A stretch of DNA of 64,000 bases from NCBI GenBank assembly GCA_021787475.1, contig JAJYLW010000002.1:56249-120248 (forward strand), given 5' to 3'. Positions 1-9,310 of the stretch are shown here, piece after piece; the first letter of the stretch is position 1; the number at the start of each line of letters is the position of its first letter. Made by a program: the position numbers and the translations under genes. The notes below the pieces were generated by a model. It did no database searches. It worked only from the letters and a program-made list of their open reading frames with translations, and was not told where the DNA came from. The DNA comes from Actinomycetes bacterium (lineage in GTDB: Bacteria; Actinomycetota; Thermoleophilia; BMS3ABIN01).

Positions 1-2
1 GG

Positions 3-965
3 ATAGTCAAATACCGAGGTGTCGAGTATCCGGGTCTGCATGAGCCGATCGTGGAACCGGCCCAGTTCGAAAGGGTCCGGCAGATGCTAAGAAGCCGCGA
101 TCAGGCCGGTGAGCGAAAGCGGAAACATCCTCATTACCTGAAAGGCACCGTCTTCTGCGCCGAGTGTGGTTCCAGGCTCTCATTTCTCATTGCTAAGGGT
201 AAGTATCCCTACTTCTACTGCCTGGGACAGAAAAAGCACAACGGCTGCTCTCAGAAATACGTGGATGCAGACTGGGTGGAAAAGAAAATCGAGAATCTGT
301 ACAGAGACATCCAGCTTCCGCTAGAGACAGTCCAGAAACTAAAGAAGATCATGGAAAAGGAAATCGTCAATCAGCAAGCGTCGTCAATTCTTCAAAGGAA
401 ACGGCTTATCAAAAAGATCGAGGAGCTGAATGACAAGAGATACAAACTGGTTGAAGCATATATGGCAGGAGCTATTCTTATCGATATCTTAAAAGGCGAG
501 CAAGAAAGACTGGTCAATGAAATCGGACTAGCCGAGGATCAGCTCAAAGTGATCGACGGAAAACACGAGAACGTTCAGGAGTTACTGGAAATGGCAATCA
601 AGCTTGCCGGCAACTGCCACAAGGCATATTTAAAGGCCGAGGGCGATAACCGGCGGCTGATGAATCAATCATTCTTCAAGAAAATCTTCATCGGTGAAAA
701 GGGCCGGAAAATGAAAGAGCCGGAATACACCGACCTCTTCCGTGATATTTTCTCAGACGATGGTTTGAATAAGTCAAATCTGGTCGGGGTGGGCGGATTT
801 GAACCGCCGACCTCACGGTCCCGAACCGTGCGCTCTACCAAGCTGAGCCACACCCCGAAAAACAGACTGCGTATGGTGGATGGTGGATACTGGATAAACC
901 CAAAAGCAAAGCCCCAAACCAAAACTCGAAAAAGCCAATACTGGATTCTGGCCGACCACGTCTAA
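3..965 (+). CDS. Large serine recombinase, C-terminal portion (N-terminus lies upstream of the window)
   Basis: The frame is open from the window edge. Translation shows a recombinase-domain motif YRGVEYPGLHEPIVEPAQFERVQ, a zinc-ribbon CAECGSRLSF...YFYCLG...HNGC and a long coiled-coil tail. The 3' end is uncertain because the ORF reads antisense through the tRNA-Pro gene before its stop at 963-965. Confidence 0.7.
   Translation: MVKYRGVEYPGLHEPIVEPAQFERVRQMLRSRDQAGERKRKHPHYLKGTVFCAECGSRLSFLIAKGKYPYFYCLGQKKHNGCSQKYVDADWVEKKIENLYRDIQLPLETVQKLKKIMEKEIVNQQASSILQRKRLIKKIEELNDKRYKLVEAYMAGAILIDILKGEQERLVNEIGLAEDQLKVIDGKHENVQELLEMAIKLAGNCHKAYLKAEGDNRRLMNQSFFKKIFIGEKGRKMKEPEYTDLFRDIFSDDGLNKSNLVGVGGFEPPTSRSRTVRSTKLSHTPKNRLRMVDGGYWINPKAKPQTKTRKSQYWILADHV
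781..857 (-). tRNA. tRNA-Pro (anticodon CGG)
   Basis: Reverse complement folds as a canonical cloverleaf. The acceptor stem is CGGGGTG/CACCCCG, the anticodon loop is TTCGGGA, the T-loop is TTCAAAT and the 3' CCA is encoded. Confidence 0.9.
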
Positions 966-985
966 CCGTCGATTATTCTAGCATG

Positions 986-1017
986 AAAAAGGGGCTCCAA
1001 GCTCGGGGCCCCTTTTT
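986..1017. terminator. Bidirectional intrinsic terminator between the convergent recombinase and pilT genes
   Basis: AAAAA-GGGGC-loop-GCCCC-TTTTT: a GC hairpin flanked by an A-run and a T-run. Confidence 0.6.
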
Positions 1018-1066
1018 AATTCAGTGGTATTTATTTATCCGTATCCAAAATCCCTTTTGCCCGATT

Positions 1067-2164
1067 CTAGGCGACACCACTGATCAACGAAACGTCAAAG
1101 CCTTCCTGCTGCGCCATTAGCTTGAAGTCATGCGGACTGGTGGCGACCTGGGCTGCATCCTGCAGATTTACCAAGCCGTCGCGGAAAAGCTGCAGCAATG
1201 ACTGGTCGAAAGTCTGCATGCCGTAATAATCGCCTTCGCCGATGGCGTCCTGAACCTTATGTGTTTGATCCGAATCGAGGATCAGGTCTCTGATCCGTTT
1301 CGTCATGACCATCAGCTCCAACGCCGGGACGCGCCCCTTGCCATCTGTGCGCTGCAACAATCGTTGCGAAATGACACCCCTGAGCGAGCTTGCCAGTAAT
1401 ATACGCACCTGTTTTTGCTGGTGGAGCGGGAAAAAGTCGATTATGCGGTTGACCGTCTCGGCGACATCGATTGTATGCAATGTGCTCATGACAAGATGGC
1501 CGGTTTGAGCTGCGGTCAGCGCCGTGCGCACTGTCTCCAGGTCCCGCATCTCACCGATCAGGATGACATCGGGATCCTGGCGCAGCACGTAACGCAACGC
1601 CGTCGAATAGCTTCTCGTGTCGATGCCAATCTCGCGCTGGTTAATCAACGACTTGTTATCACGATGCATAATTTCAATTGGATCCTCAACGGTAACGATG
1701 TGACGCCTGACATTGGCGTTGATAAAATCGATCATCGCCGCCAGCGTGGTTGTCTTGCCGCTGCCGGTGGTCCCTGTAACCAGAATAAGGCCGCGCGGCT
1801 CCAGCGACAGCCTTTGCAGAAGGGGCGGCAGATGCAGTTCCTCAAAGCTGGGTATCTTGCTGGCAACCTGGCGCATAGCAATGCTGATGCTGCCCCGCTG
1901 CCGGAATATGTTTACCCGAAATCGCCCCACGCCGGGCAGGCCGTATGCAAAATCTATCTCGTTTTGCTCTGAGAAAACAGCGATCTGCTTGTCGCTCATC
2001 ACCGATGCGGCATATTCCTTCATGTCGTCGGCGCTGATTTTCCCCTCGTCGAGCCAGTAAAGCTCCCCGTCGACGCGGATGACGGGCGGGCTGCCGGCCT
2101 TGAGATGAAGGTCCGAGGCGCCCCGCTGCACCATTATCTGAATAAGTTCATTAACATCTTTCAC
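1067..2164 (-). CDS. pilT: Type IV pilus retraction ATPase PilT
   Basis: 365 aa with the Walker A motif GSGKTTTLAAMIDF and PilT-family His/Asp-box motifs. GTG start with a GGAGG ribosome-binding site 9 nt upstream. Confidence 0.85.
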   Translation of the reverse strand: MKDVNELIQIMVQRGASDLHLKAGSPPVIRVDGELYWLDEGKISADDMKEYAASVMSDKQIAVFSEQNEIDFAYGLPGVGRFRVNIFRQRGSISIAMRQVASKIPSFEELHLPPLLQRLSLEPRGLILVTGTTGSGKTTTLAAMIDFINANVRRHIVTVEDPIEIMHRDNKSLINQREIGIDTRSYSTALRYVLRQDPDVILIGEMRDLETVRTALTAAQTGHLVMSTLHTIDVAETVNRIIDFFPLHQQKQVRILLASSLRGVISQRLLQRTDGKGRVPALELMVMTKRIRDLILDSDQTHKVQDAIGEGDYYGMQTFDQSLLQLFRDGLVNLQDAAQVATSPHDFKLMAQQEGFDVSLISGVA

Positions 2165-2341
2165 GATTTAACAGCCTCCTGGAGGACCATTCCTTTTGAA
2201 ACACCCTATTAGGATATTCGGATTTGAGCAGTCTAACCTTAATGCGGATTTACCCATTACAGGCGTTTAGCTGGCTTTGATAGCGGCGGATGTGCTGTGC
2301 TAAGCTAACTCCAGTCTGGTGCAGCCCAGCTTTTTCCACGC

Positions 2342-2415
2342 TGAGGCGTCGTCTAATGGTAGGACAGCGGACTCTGGATCCGCCGGTGGAGGTTCGAATC
2401 CTCCCGCCTCAGCCA
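2342..2415 (+). tRNA. tRNA-Gln (anticodon CTG)
   Basis: Cloverleaf with the bacterial Gln-type U1:A72 pair. Acceptor stem TGAGGCG/CGCCTCA, anticodon loop CTCTGGA, T-arm GGAGG-TTCGAAT-CCTCC, and CCA encoded. Confidence 0.85.
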
Positions 2416-2469
2416 GCCGGCACTTTCTCATAAACGCAAGGAAAAATCATGGATCATTTAGCAATTATT

Positions 2470-3098
2470 CTACCCGGCGGGCGTAAAGGCGCCGGTCAAG
2501 GTTGCCTGCCCTAGAATAAAGCGCCCATACTCTGATTCGAACTGGCTGCGCGTCAGGGCTGCTTTCGCCGGCATCCCCGGCATTCCTTCCCTAAGCGCAT
2601 AAAGTGTCAGTTTGTAGGTATGCCTCGCTGGCGGACGTAGCCCGGCGCAGCCGACTCCACCCGAATAGTTTTCTCCCTCGGTGACGCCGCTTATTTCAGA
2701 TAGATCCTGCCCGGCGCCAAGACTTGCCACCCCGGCAGGGATGTTATGAACGGACCAATGCCGGCAAGCCGCATCACCCGTTCCGCAGGGCGGATTCTCG
2801 TCATCCATTATCAGTGAAAAGCTCGTTGTCTCGGCGGGGACGTTCGCCCAGGCAAGCGGCGGCGACAGGTTGGCGCCTCCCTTCGCCCGGCAGGCCTGCG
2901 CCCTAGGTATCTCGGCGCCATTGGAAAAGGTTTGCTTGTCAATGTGGAATCAGACGATTTGACCACCGTTTCCAGCCTGCTGACTCGGGAGCTTGCACTG
3001 CCTCCTCTTCCATTATTCCCGCATCCGGCAAAAAAAGGAACTGCCGCAATCAGACCGGGCACCATCACCACCGAATAATGTTTTGCCTTTTTTTTCAC
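2470..3098 (-). pseudogene. YbhB/YbcL (PEBP/Raf-kinase-inhibitor-like) family lipoprotein, disrupted by a -1 frameshift
   Basis: The upstream ORF encodes a lipoprotein signal peptide (MKKKAKHYSVVMVPGLIAAVPFFAGC...LTSKPF). PEBP homology (FSNGAEIP...NLSPPLAW...SLIMDDENPP...HWSVHNIPAG...YKLTLYAL) continues in another frame. The frames join at an A4 run (plus strand 2925-2928) where A5 would restore a single ORF. Confidence 0.55.
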
Positions 3099-3297
3099 AT
3101 CCTTCTCAGTTGCTCTTTATCAAGTCAGGCTACGATACGACATATATTCAGATTCATCAATAAAATTCCGGCGATGCAGGATTTTTTGAAAACGCCGTGA
3201 AAGGAAATACGTCAAAACCATTCATTTGTAATCAAACAGACAATTCCAGATCGCCACGGATTCCAACAACTTCTTTTCTCGGGACCGCCAGCTTCGG

Positions 3298-4371
3298 TTG
3301 GAGCAGTTGTCTGCAATCATTGATTCTTCTGACGACGCAATTTTCGCAAAATCGCTTGACGGAATAATAACAAGCTGGAACCACGGCGCCGAGCTGCTTT
3401 ACGGCTATAAACCGGATGAAATCATCGGCATGCCGGTTTCAATCCTTCTCCCTTCTGACAGAACGAATGAAATTAAAGACATTTTAAAACAGATTGCCGC
3501 CGGCAAGCGCATAGATCATTTCGAGACCAAACGCGTCATCAAAGGCGGCCACATTGTTGATATTTCCCTGACGGTGTCTCCAGTCAAGGATGAAGGCGGC
3601 AAGATCATTGGCGCCTCCTCAATCGCGCGGGATATCAGCGCCCAGAAGCGCTTAGATGAAATACTCAAGCAAACCATGGACGAGCTGAAAGCCTCAAACC
3701 GCGAGCTGGAGCAGTTTGCCTATGTCGCTTCGCACGATCTTCAGGAGCCGCTCCGGCTGGTGGCAAGTTATGTGCAATTGCTTGAGCAGCGGTATCAAAG
3801 CCTGTTTGATGAGCAGGCGCGCAAATACATGGATTATATCGTTAGCGGCGCAAAAAGAATGCAGACGCTGATTAATGATCTGCTCGCATGTTCGCGCGTC
3901 GGCACAATGGGCAAGGAGCTCAAGCCCGTGAGCGCCAGCAAGGCACTGGAGTACGCGCTCGGCAATCTCGAAATGAGCATCAGCCAGAGCGGCGGCAAGG
4001 TGACAAGCAAACAATTGCCGACGGTAATGGGTGACGGCGTTCAGCTGACGCAGTTGTTTCAAAACCTGATCGGCAACGCAATCAAATTTCATAGCGAGAA
4101 ACCGGCTCAGGTCGAAATCGCCGCCGATGATGCAGGCATGAGCTGGCAGTTCTCCATCAAAGACAACGGCATCGGCATCGATATGAAATACGCCGACAGA
4201 ATCTTCACGATCTTTCAGAGGCTGCACGAGAGAAGCAAGTACAAGGGAACAGGCATTGGACTGGCGATAGCGAAAAGAATTGTCGAGAGGCATCATGGCC
4301 AAATCTGGTTCGAGTCAGAGCCAGGCAAAGGCACAACATTCTTTTTTACATTGCCCAAAGTAAAGGAGTGA
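3298..4371 (+). CDS. PAS-domain sensor histidine kinase (HisKA + HATPase_c)
   Basis: An N-terminal PAS domain, an H-box [18 protein letters not shown], and the N, G1 and G2 boxes ([25 protein letters not shown]). TTG start. Confidence 0.85.
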   Translation: MEQLSAIIDSSDDAIFAKSLDGIITSWNHGAELLYGYKPDEIIGMPVSILLPSDRTNEIKDILKQIAAGKRIDHFETKRVIKGGHIVDISLTVSPVKDEGGKIIGASSIARDISAQKRLDEILKQTMDELKASNRELEQFAYVASHDLQEPLRLVASYVQLLEQRYQSLFDEQARKYMDYIVSGAKRMQTLINDLLACSRVGTMGKELKPVSASKALEYALGNLEMSISQSGGKVTSKQLPTVMGDGVQLTQLFQNLIGNAIKFHSEKPAQVEIAADDAGMSWQFSIKDNGIGIDMKYADRIFTIFQRLHERSKYKGTGIGLAIAKRIVERHHGQIWFESEPGKGTTFFFTLPKVKE

Positions 4372-4375
4372 CACA

Positions 4376-4825
4376 ATGGACCCGTTTACCCAAGCAAGGC
4401 CGGCGCATATCCTGCTGGTTGAGGATAATCCCGGCGATATTGACCTGACAAAAGAGGCGCTGAAGGACTGCAAGCTGGCCAACAAATTAAGCACGGTACT
4501 GGACGGTGAACAGGCAATGGCCTTCTTGAGAAAAGAAGGTGATTACGCAGACGTTGACCGGCCGGACCTGATTCTGCTGGATCTCAACCTTCCCCGCAAG
4601 GGTGGCCAGGAAGTTCTGGCTGAAGTCAGGGCGGATGAGTCATTAAAACTGATCCCTATCGTCATCCTCACTGCTTCTAAAGCAGAAAAGGATATTGTCC
4701 AGAGTTACGACCTGAAATGCAACTGTTACGTTACCAAGCCTATTGATTTCGATCAATTCAAGCAGGTCGTTGAGGCTATTGACGAATTTTGGTTTTCGAT
4801 CGTAAAGCTGCCGCCGACGCTCTGA
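4376..4825 (+). CDS. Stand-alone response-regulator receiver domain protein
   Basis: 149 aa CheY-like protein: [20 protein letters not shown] in YVTKP. It lies 4 nt downstream of the kinase. Confidence 0.85.
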   Translation: MDPFTQARPAHILLVEDNPGDIDLTKEALKDCKLANKLSTVLDGEQAMAFLRKEGDYADVDRPDLILLDLNLPRKGGQEVLAEVRADESLKLIPIVILTASKAEKDIVQSYDLKCNCYVTKPIDFDQFKQVVEAIDEFWFSIVKLPPTL

Positions 4826-4848
4826 CATTCCCCGGAACGAATATGACC

Positions 4849-4906
4849 AAGAACATTTATCCAAATGGTATAAATGTTCTTCCGACCAGTTTATTTTTTC
4901 TTCTCT
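4849..4906 (+). terminator. Intrinsic terminator after the kinase-receiver operon
   Basis: A perfect 12-bp inverted repeat AAGAACATTTAT / ATAAATGTTCTT with a 9-nt loop, followed by TTTATTTTTTCTTCT. Confidence 0.7.
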
Positions 4907-5087
4907 GCGAACAAAACTCCTGACAGTCGCTAAGGCGTCCCGCTTAATGATTCAATAACATCTTGCTGATTCGTCGCTGGTTCCTGGCAGCTATTGTTTA
5001 ATTTGCTCACTGCGGTCATAATGATAAAATTATTTACTATCTTTATCTTCAAATAAAAAATGATTTCTGACCGCATAATCCATTCGA

Positions 5088-6587
5088 TTGAGCCATATTG
5101 TTAACAAAAATGCTGTCATCAAAATATTGCTGATCGAGGATAATCCCGGCGACAGCAGGCTGCTTACCGATATGCTGGCTGATGCCAAGGAAGCTTCTTT
5201 CCAGTTCAAATGCGCGACCAGTTTGAGCGATGCCCTCGATCTCACGGAAAATAACAACTTCGATCTCGTTATAACCGACCTTGGACTGCCCGATAGCCAG
5301 GGGGCCATTACCTTCGAAACGCTCGAGTCCCACCTGCCGCAAACTCCCATTGTCATCATGACCGGGTTCGATGACGAGTTCCTGGCCGCGGACCTGATCG
5401 AAAAACACGCCCAGGAATATATCATCAAGGGCGACTTGGACTCACGCCAACTGATCCGCACCCTGCTTCATGCCATTCAGCGCAAGCGCTCTGAGGAATC
5501 AGAAGCACGCCTGGCAGCACTGGTCAGGGCTACCGGCGACGCAATCATCGGTATTTCTCCCGCAGGCAAGATTACCAACTGGAACCCCGGCGCCGAGGAA
5601 ATGTTCGGCTTTAACAAGAAAGAGGCAATCGGCAACACATTAGACATGATCTCACCCTATGGCTTGGAAGCAAAAATCAATGACGTGAAAGCTTGCAGTT
5701 CCCAGGCATCACTCCGTTTCGAAACATCCTGTCATCGAAAACAAGGCAATCAGATTGATGTCTCAATGATAGTCTCGCCCGTTAAAACCGCCACTGGCCT
5801 TCTTCTGGGAGCCGCGATCATAGCCCACGATATTACCGACAGGGTTTTGGAGGAAAATAAAGTCAGGTTTGTCGCTGACACGCTTCAATCTGCTCTTTTG
5901 TCAAAAAAGCCTGCATTGGACGGAGTCGATTTGGGCGTCGCCTATCAACCTCTGGATGCCAGCGGAGCCCACGTTGGCGGAGATTTCTACGATTTTATCC
6001 GGATTGGCCCGGGCACGACAGCAATAGCCATCGGAGATGTCAGCGGCAAGGGCATTAAAACCGCAACGACGATGGCGGCGGTCAAATACATGCTAAGAGC
6101 GCTCGTTGATTCGGCGCGAGGCCCGGAAGACAGCCTGGAAGAATTAAACCGGCCCCTCTACAGGGATGTTTCCGATGAATCGTTCATCACGGTCGGACTG
6201 GGGTATCTTGATCTCAAACAGAAGACGTTTTGGTACGCTTCCGCGGGCCATCCGCGACCGATTGTCTGCCGCGGGAACCGGGGGTGCGCCCCGCTTAACA
6301 TGTTGCCCTCCCGCCCGCTTTGCACCGAACCTGAGTCTGTTTTTTGGTCTCAGCAATTTGAACTGCGCGGTATTGACGCAATCGTTCTATACACGGATGG
6401 AGTATCCGAGCATCGCGATAAGTCAGGGCGGTTTTTTGGCGAGCAAGGCATCTGTACGGCAATTTCCGCCGCCCCAAATTTGCCGGCGCAGGAATTGGCG
6501 GAGCATATTCTGAATGAGGCAACCTCCTTTTCCGGCGGCAGAACAACTGACGACATGGCCATGATCACGATCAAGCCAATTGAATGA
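5088..6587 (+). CDS. Response regulator with REC-PAS-PP2C (SpoIIE/RsbU-like serine phosphatase) architecture
   Basis: N-terminal receiver (ILLIEDNPGD...ITDLGLP), a central PAS domain, and a C-terminal PP2C with GGDFYDF and GDVSGKG motifs. TTG start. Confidence 0.8.
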   Translation: MSHIVNKNAVIKILLIEDNPGDSRLLTDMLADAKEASFQFKCATSLSDALDLTENNNFDLVITDLGLPDSQGAITFETLESHLPQTPIVIMTGFDDEFLAADLIEKHAQEYIIKGDLDSRQLIRTLLHAIQRKRSEESEARLAALVRATGDAIIGISPAGKITNWNPGAEEMFGFNKKEAIGNTLDMISPYGLEAKINDVKACSSQASLRFETSCHRKQGNQIDVSMIVSPVKTATGLLLGAAIIAHDITDRVLEENKVRFVADTLQSALLSKKPALDGVDLGVAYQPLDASGAHVGGDFYDFIRIGPGTTAIAIGDVSGKGIKTATTMAAVKYMLRALVDSARGPEDSLEELNRPLYRDVSDESFITVGLGYLDLKQKTFWYASAGHPRPIVCRGNRGCAPLNMLPSRPLCTEPESVFWSQQFELRGIDAIVLYTDGVSEHRDKSGRFFGEQGICTAISAAPNLPAQELAEHILNEATSFSGGRTTDDMAMITIKPIE

Positions 6588-6812
6588 TTGCATTGCCGCC
6601 AGGCCAAGATGTTTGAGATTAAAATAATCGGTTACAGGAATATTTTGTTTTTAGGCTTTTATTAGATCATTTCGTGCTACTGTTTGAAGATCTAAATCTT
6701 TGGAAAGTTTTTGCCGCGATGACATTCTCCGTCTCGAGCAATCTACACAACTAAAAGGCGGAGACATTCCCTCTAAACTGCAGACGTTTTCAAACTTCCA
6801 GAAGGAGCGAAA

Positions 6813-8876
6813 ATGCCCAAAAGAAGCCAGGCCCAGCTAAAGAAACCCAAAAGCAAAACCAAAAAAGCAACAAAAAACCCTGGCGAAAACAGGCTGTCTC
6901 AGCTGGAGCATCAGGAGTTGCTGGCTTCGATTGTCTCCTCGTCTGAAGACGCCATCATCGGCAAGACCATCAGCGGCACGATCACCACCTGGAACAAGGG
7001 CGCCGAGCTGCTCTACGGATATACGGAAAGGGAAATTGTTGGCAAGCCTATTTCCGTCATCGTTGCTCCTGACAAGGAGGACGAGATGCCTACAGTTCTG
7101 GCCAGGCTGGCGGCGGGAGACAGGGTAGATCATTACGAGACCCAGCGCGTCCGCAAGGATGGATCGCTCATCGACATCTCCCTGACCGTTTCCCCAATCA
7201 AAGACGCCGACGGACAAATTATCGGCGCCGCGACGATTGCCCGCGATATCACATCCCAGAAACAAGCTGCTCATTACGCCCGCTCGCTGATCGAAGCCAG
7301 TCCGGACCCGCTGGTTACCATTAGTCCTGGAGGCAAGATCACCGACGTCAATGAAGCCTCAGTGAATGCGACAGGCGTTCCCCGGGAGAATCTTATCGGC
7401 ACAGACTTCTCCAACTACTTCACCGAGCCGGAAAAAGCGCGCGAAGGCTACCAGCAGGTATTTGCCGAAGGATCAGTGGCTGACTATCCACTGACTATCC
7501 GCCACTGCGACGGAAATCTGATGGAAGTGCTTTACAACGCATCGGTTTACCGCGATACCGAAGGCAATGTCCTGGGCTTATTCGCCGCCGCCCGCGATAT
7601 CACCGCCTAAAAACAAGCGGAAAAAGTAGCCCAACAAAGATCAAAGGAGTTGGTCAGGCTGGCCGAACTGGAGCAGTTCCAGAAACTTACCGTCGGGCGC
7701 GAGCTGAAGATGATCGAGCTAAAACAGCAGATACATGAACTGAAACATCGTCTTGGCGAAGGCCTGAATGAAGAGATAGCAGATGAGTTTAACGATAGCG
7801 CTACTTGGTGATTCTGGTGATTAACGCCTAACGCGAACTGATCGAGCTTCAATGGGACAATTATTAAATCAACCCAACCCCCCCCCTTTTTTTTTCCGGC
7901 AGATGAACAGCGCTGAAATTAATCGCCCCGGTGAGAAATCCCACCCGGGTCTGGAAAGTGAACTGCAGGAAAAGATCGCCTACCTGGAAAAAACCCAGCT
8001 TGCAACCTTGAACATTCTCGAGGACTTAAACGCAGAAAGACAGAAGCTTGAGAATTACCAGCGGGCCACGATCAATATCCTCGAAGATTTCAACCTGGAG
8101 AAGGAGCGGGCAGAAATCGCGAACGTTGAGATTCGCGCCCGGACCGAGCAGTTAAAGCTGACAAACGCAGAATTAGAGCAATTTGCATACGTCGCTTCGC
8201 ATGACTTGCAAGAGCCGCTGAGAATGGTGGCCAGCTATGTTCAACTGCTCGAAAGAAAGTACAAGGACCAACTTGACGATGATGCCCGCGATTTCATTCA
8301 TTTCGCATCAGACGGCGCCAACCGCATGCGCGTCACGGTCAAGGATCTTCTCAAGTATTCGCGGGTCGGCACCACAGAAGAGCACCTTGAAAAATCAGCA
8401 CAGAGACGGCTTTAAAACAGGCGCTTGTCAATCTCAAGTTATCCATTATGGAACAGAACGCAACCGTCACCAATGACAGGCTGCCTGACATCATCGCCGA
8501 TTTTCCTCAGATATCCCAACTTTTCCAAAACCTGGTGGGCAACGCCATCAAGTTCCGCCGCCAGCAAATAGAACCACATATACATATCTCAGCAACCAGA
8601 CAAAAAAGGAATGGCTGTTTTCTGTAAAAGACAATGGCATAGGCATTGAAGAATCGTATTTCGAGCGGATCTTTATCATCTTTCAACGGATGCATGCATA
8701 TGAGGAATTTGGCGGAACAGGCATCGGCCTGGCAATCTGCAAGAGAATTGTCGATCGACACGGTGGCAAGATCTGGCTGGAATCGGAGCCGGGGGAAGGC
8801 AGCATTTTTTATTTCACAATTCCTCTCCAGCCGGCCGAAAAATTAATTCTGGCAAATGATAAATGATTTAACAATA
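6813..8876 (+). pseudogene. Disrupted PAS-PAS-coiled-coil-histidine kinase (paralog of 3298..4371)
   Basis: Two PAS domains read cleanly to an in-frame TAA (7608-7610) inside the conserved DIT-x-KQAE motif. The open frame continues through a coiled-coil to 7811. After a C9T9 tract, the H-box [16 protein letters not shown] and the HATPase motifs lie in three different frames. 1-nt deletions at about 8406 and at the A6 run 8593-8598 would restore them. Confidence 0.55.
7878..7895 (+). repeat. Homopolymer tract C9T9
   Basis: AACCCAA-CCCCCCCCC-TTTTTTTTT-CCGG read directly. It sits at the 5' end of the kinase-domain reading frame. Confidence 0.9.
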
Positions 8877-9310
8877 ATGACTGATCGGCATAAAATAAAT
8901 GTTTTATTTTGCGAAGACAATCACGGGGATATTCGGCTTGCCCGCGAGGTCATGGAAGAAACTGGAATTCAGGTCATTTTAAATACAGTCAGAAACGGGG
9001 AAGAAACGATGGCCTACCTGCGCCAGCAGAAAACTACCAGAACAATGTGCGCCCTGATTTGATCATATTGGATTTGAACATGCCCAGGAAAGATGGCCGC
9101 GAAGTGCTGAGGGAGATAAAAGACGATCCGGACCTGAAGCGAATACCGGTAATTGTGCTAACTGCCTCCGAAGCTGAGCAAGATATAAACATGTGTTATG
9201 ACATGCATGCAAGCTGCGTTATCAACAAGCCGGTAAATTACGTGGAGTCGCTGGAGAACATAAAGTCAATCGAGCAATTTTGGTTCCGTACCGTCAAACT
9301 GCCCACTTGA
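8856..9310 (+). pseudogene. Receiver-domain response regulator (paralog of 4376..4825) with a -1 frameshift
   Basis: The N-terminal half (VLFCEDNHGDIRLAREVM...AYLRQQ) and the C-terminal half (RPDLIILDLNMPRKDGREVL...VIVLTASEAEQD...EQFWFRTVKLPT) are in different frames. They join at CAGCAGAAAAC (9027-9034). Confidence 0.5.

Noticed and set aside
2165-2341. Terminator-like CTGG-TGCAGC-CCAG-TTTTT just upstream of tRNA-Gln
   Set aside because: The stem is only 4 bp, and there is no upstream plus-strand gene to terminate. More likely this is part of the tRNA promoter/leader.
7878-7895. The C9T9 tract as a CRISPR or other array
   Set aside because: It is a single homopolymer junction, not spaced repeats. 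No CRISPR-like repeat-spacer structure exists anywhere in the window.
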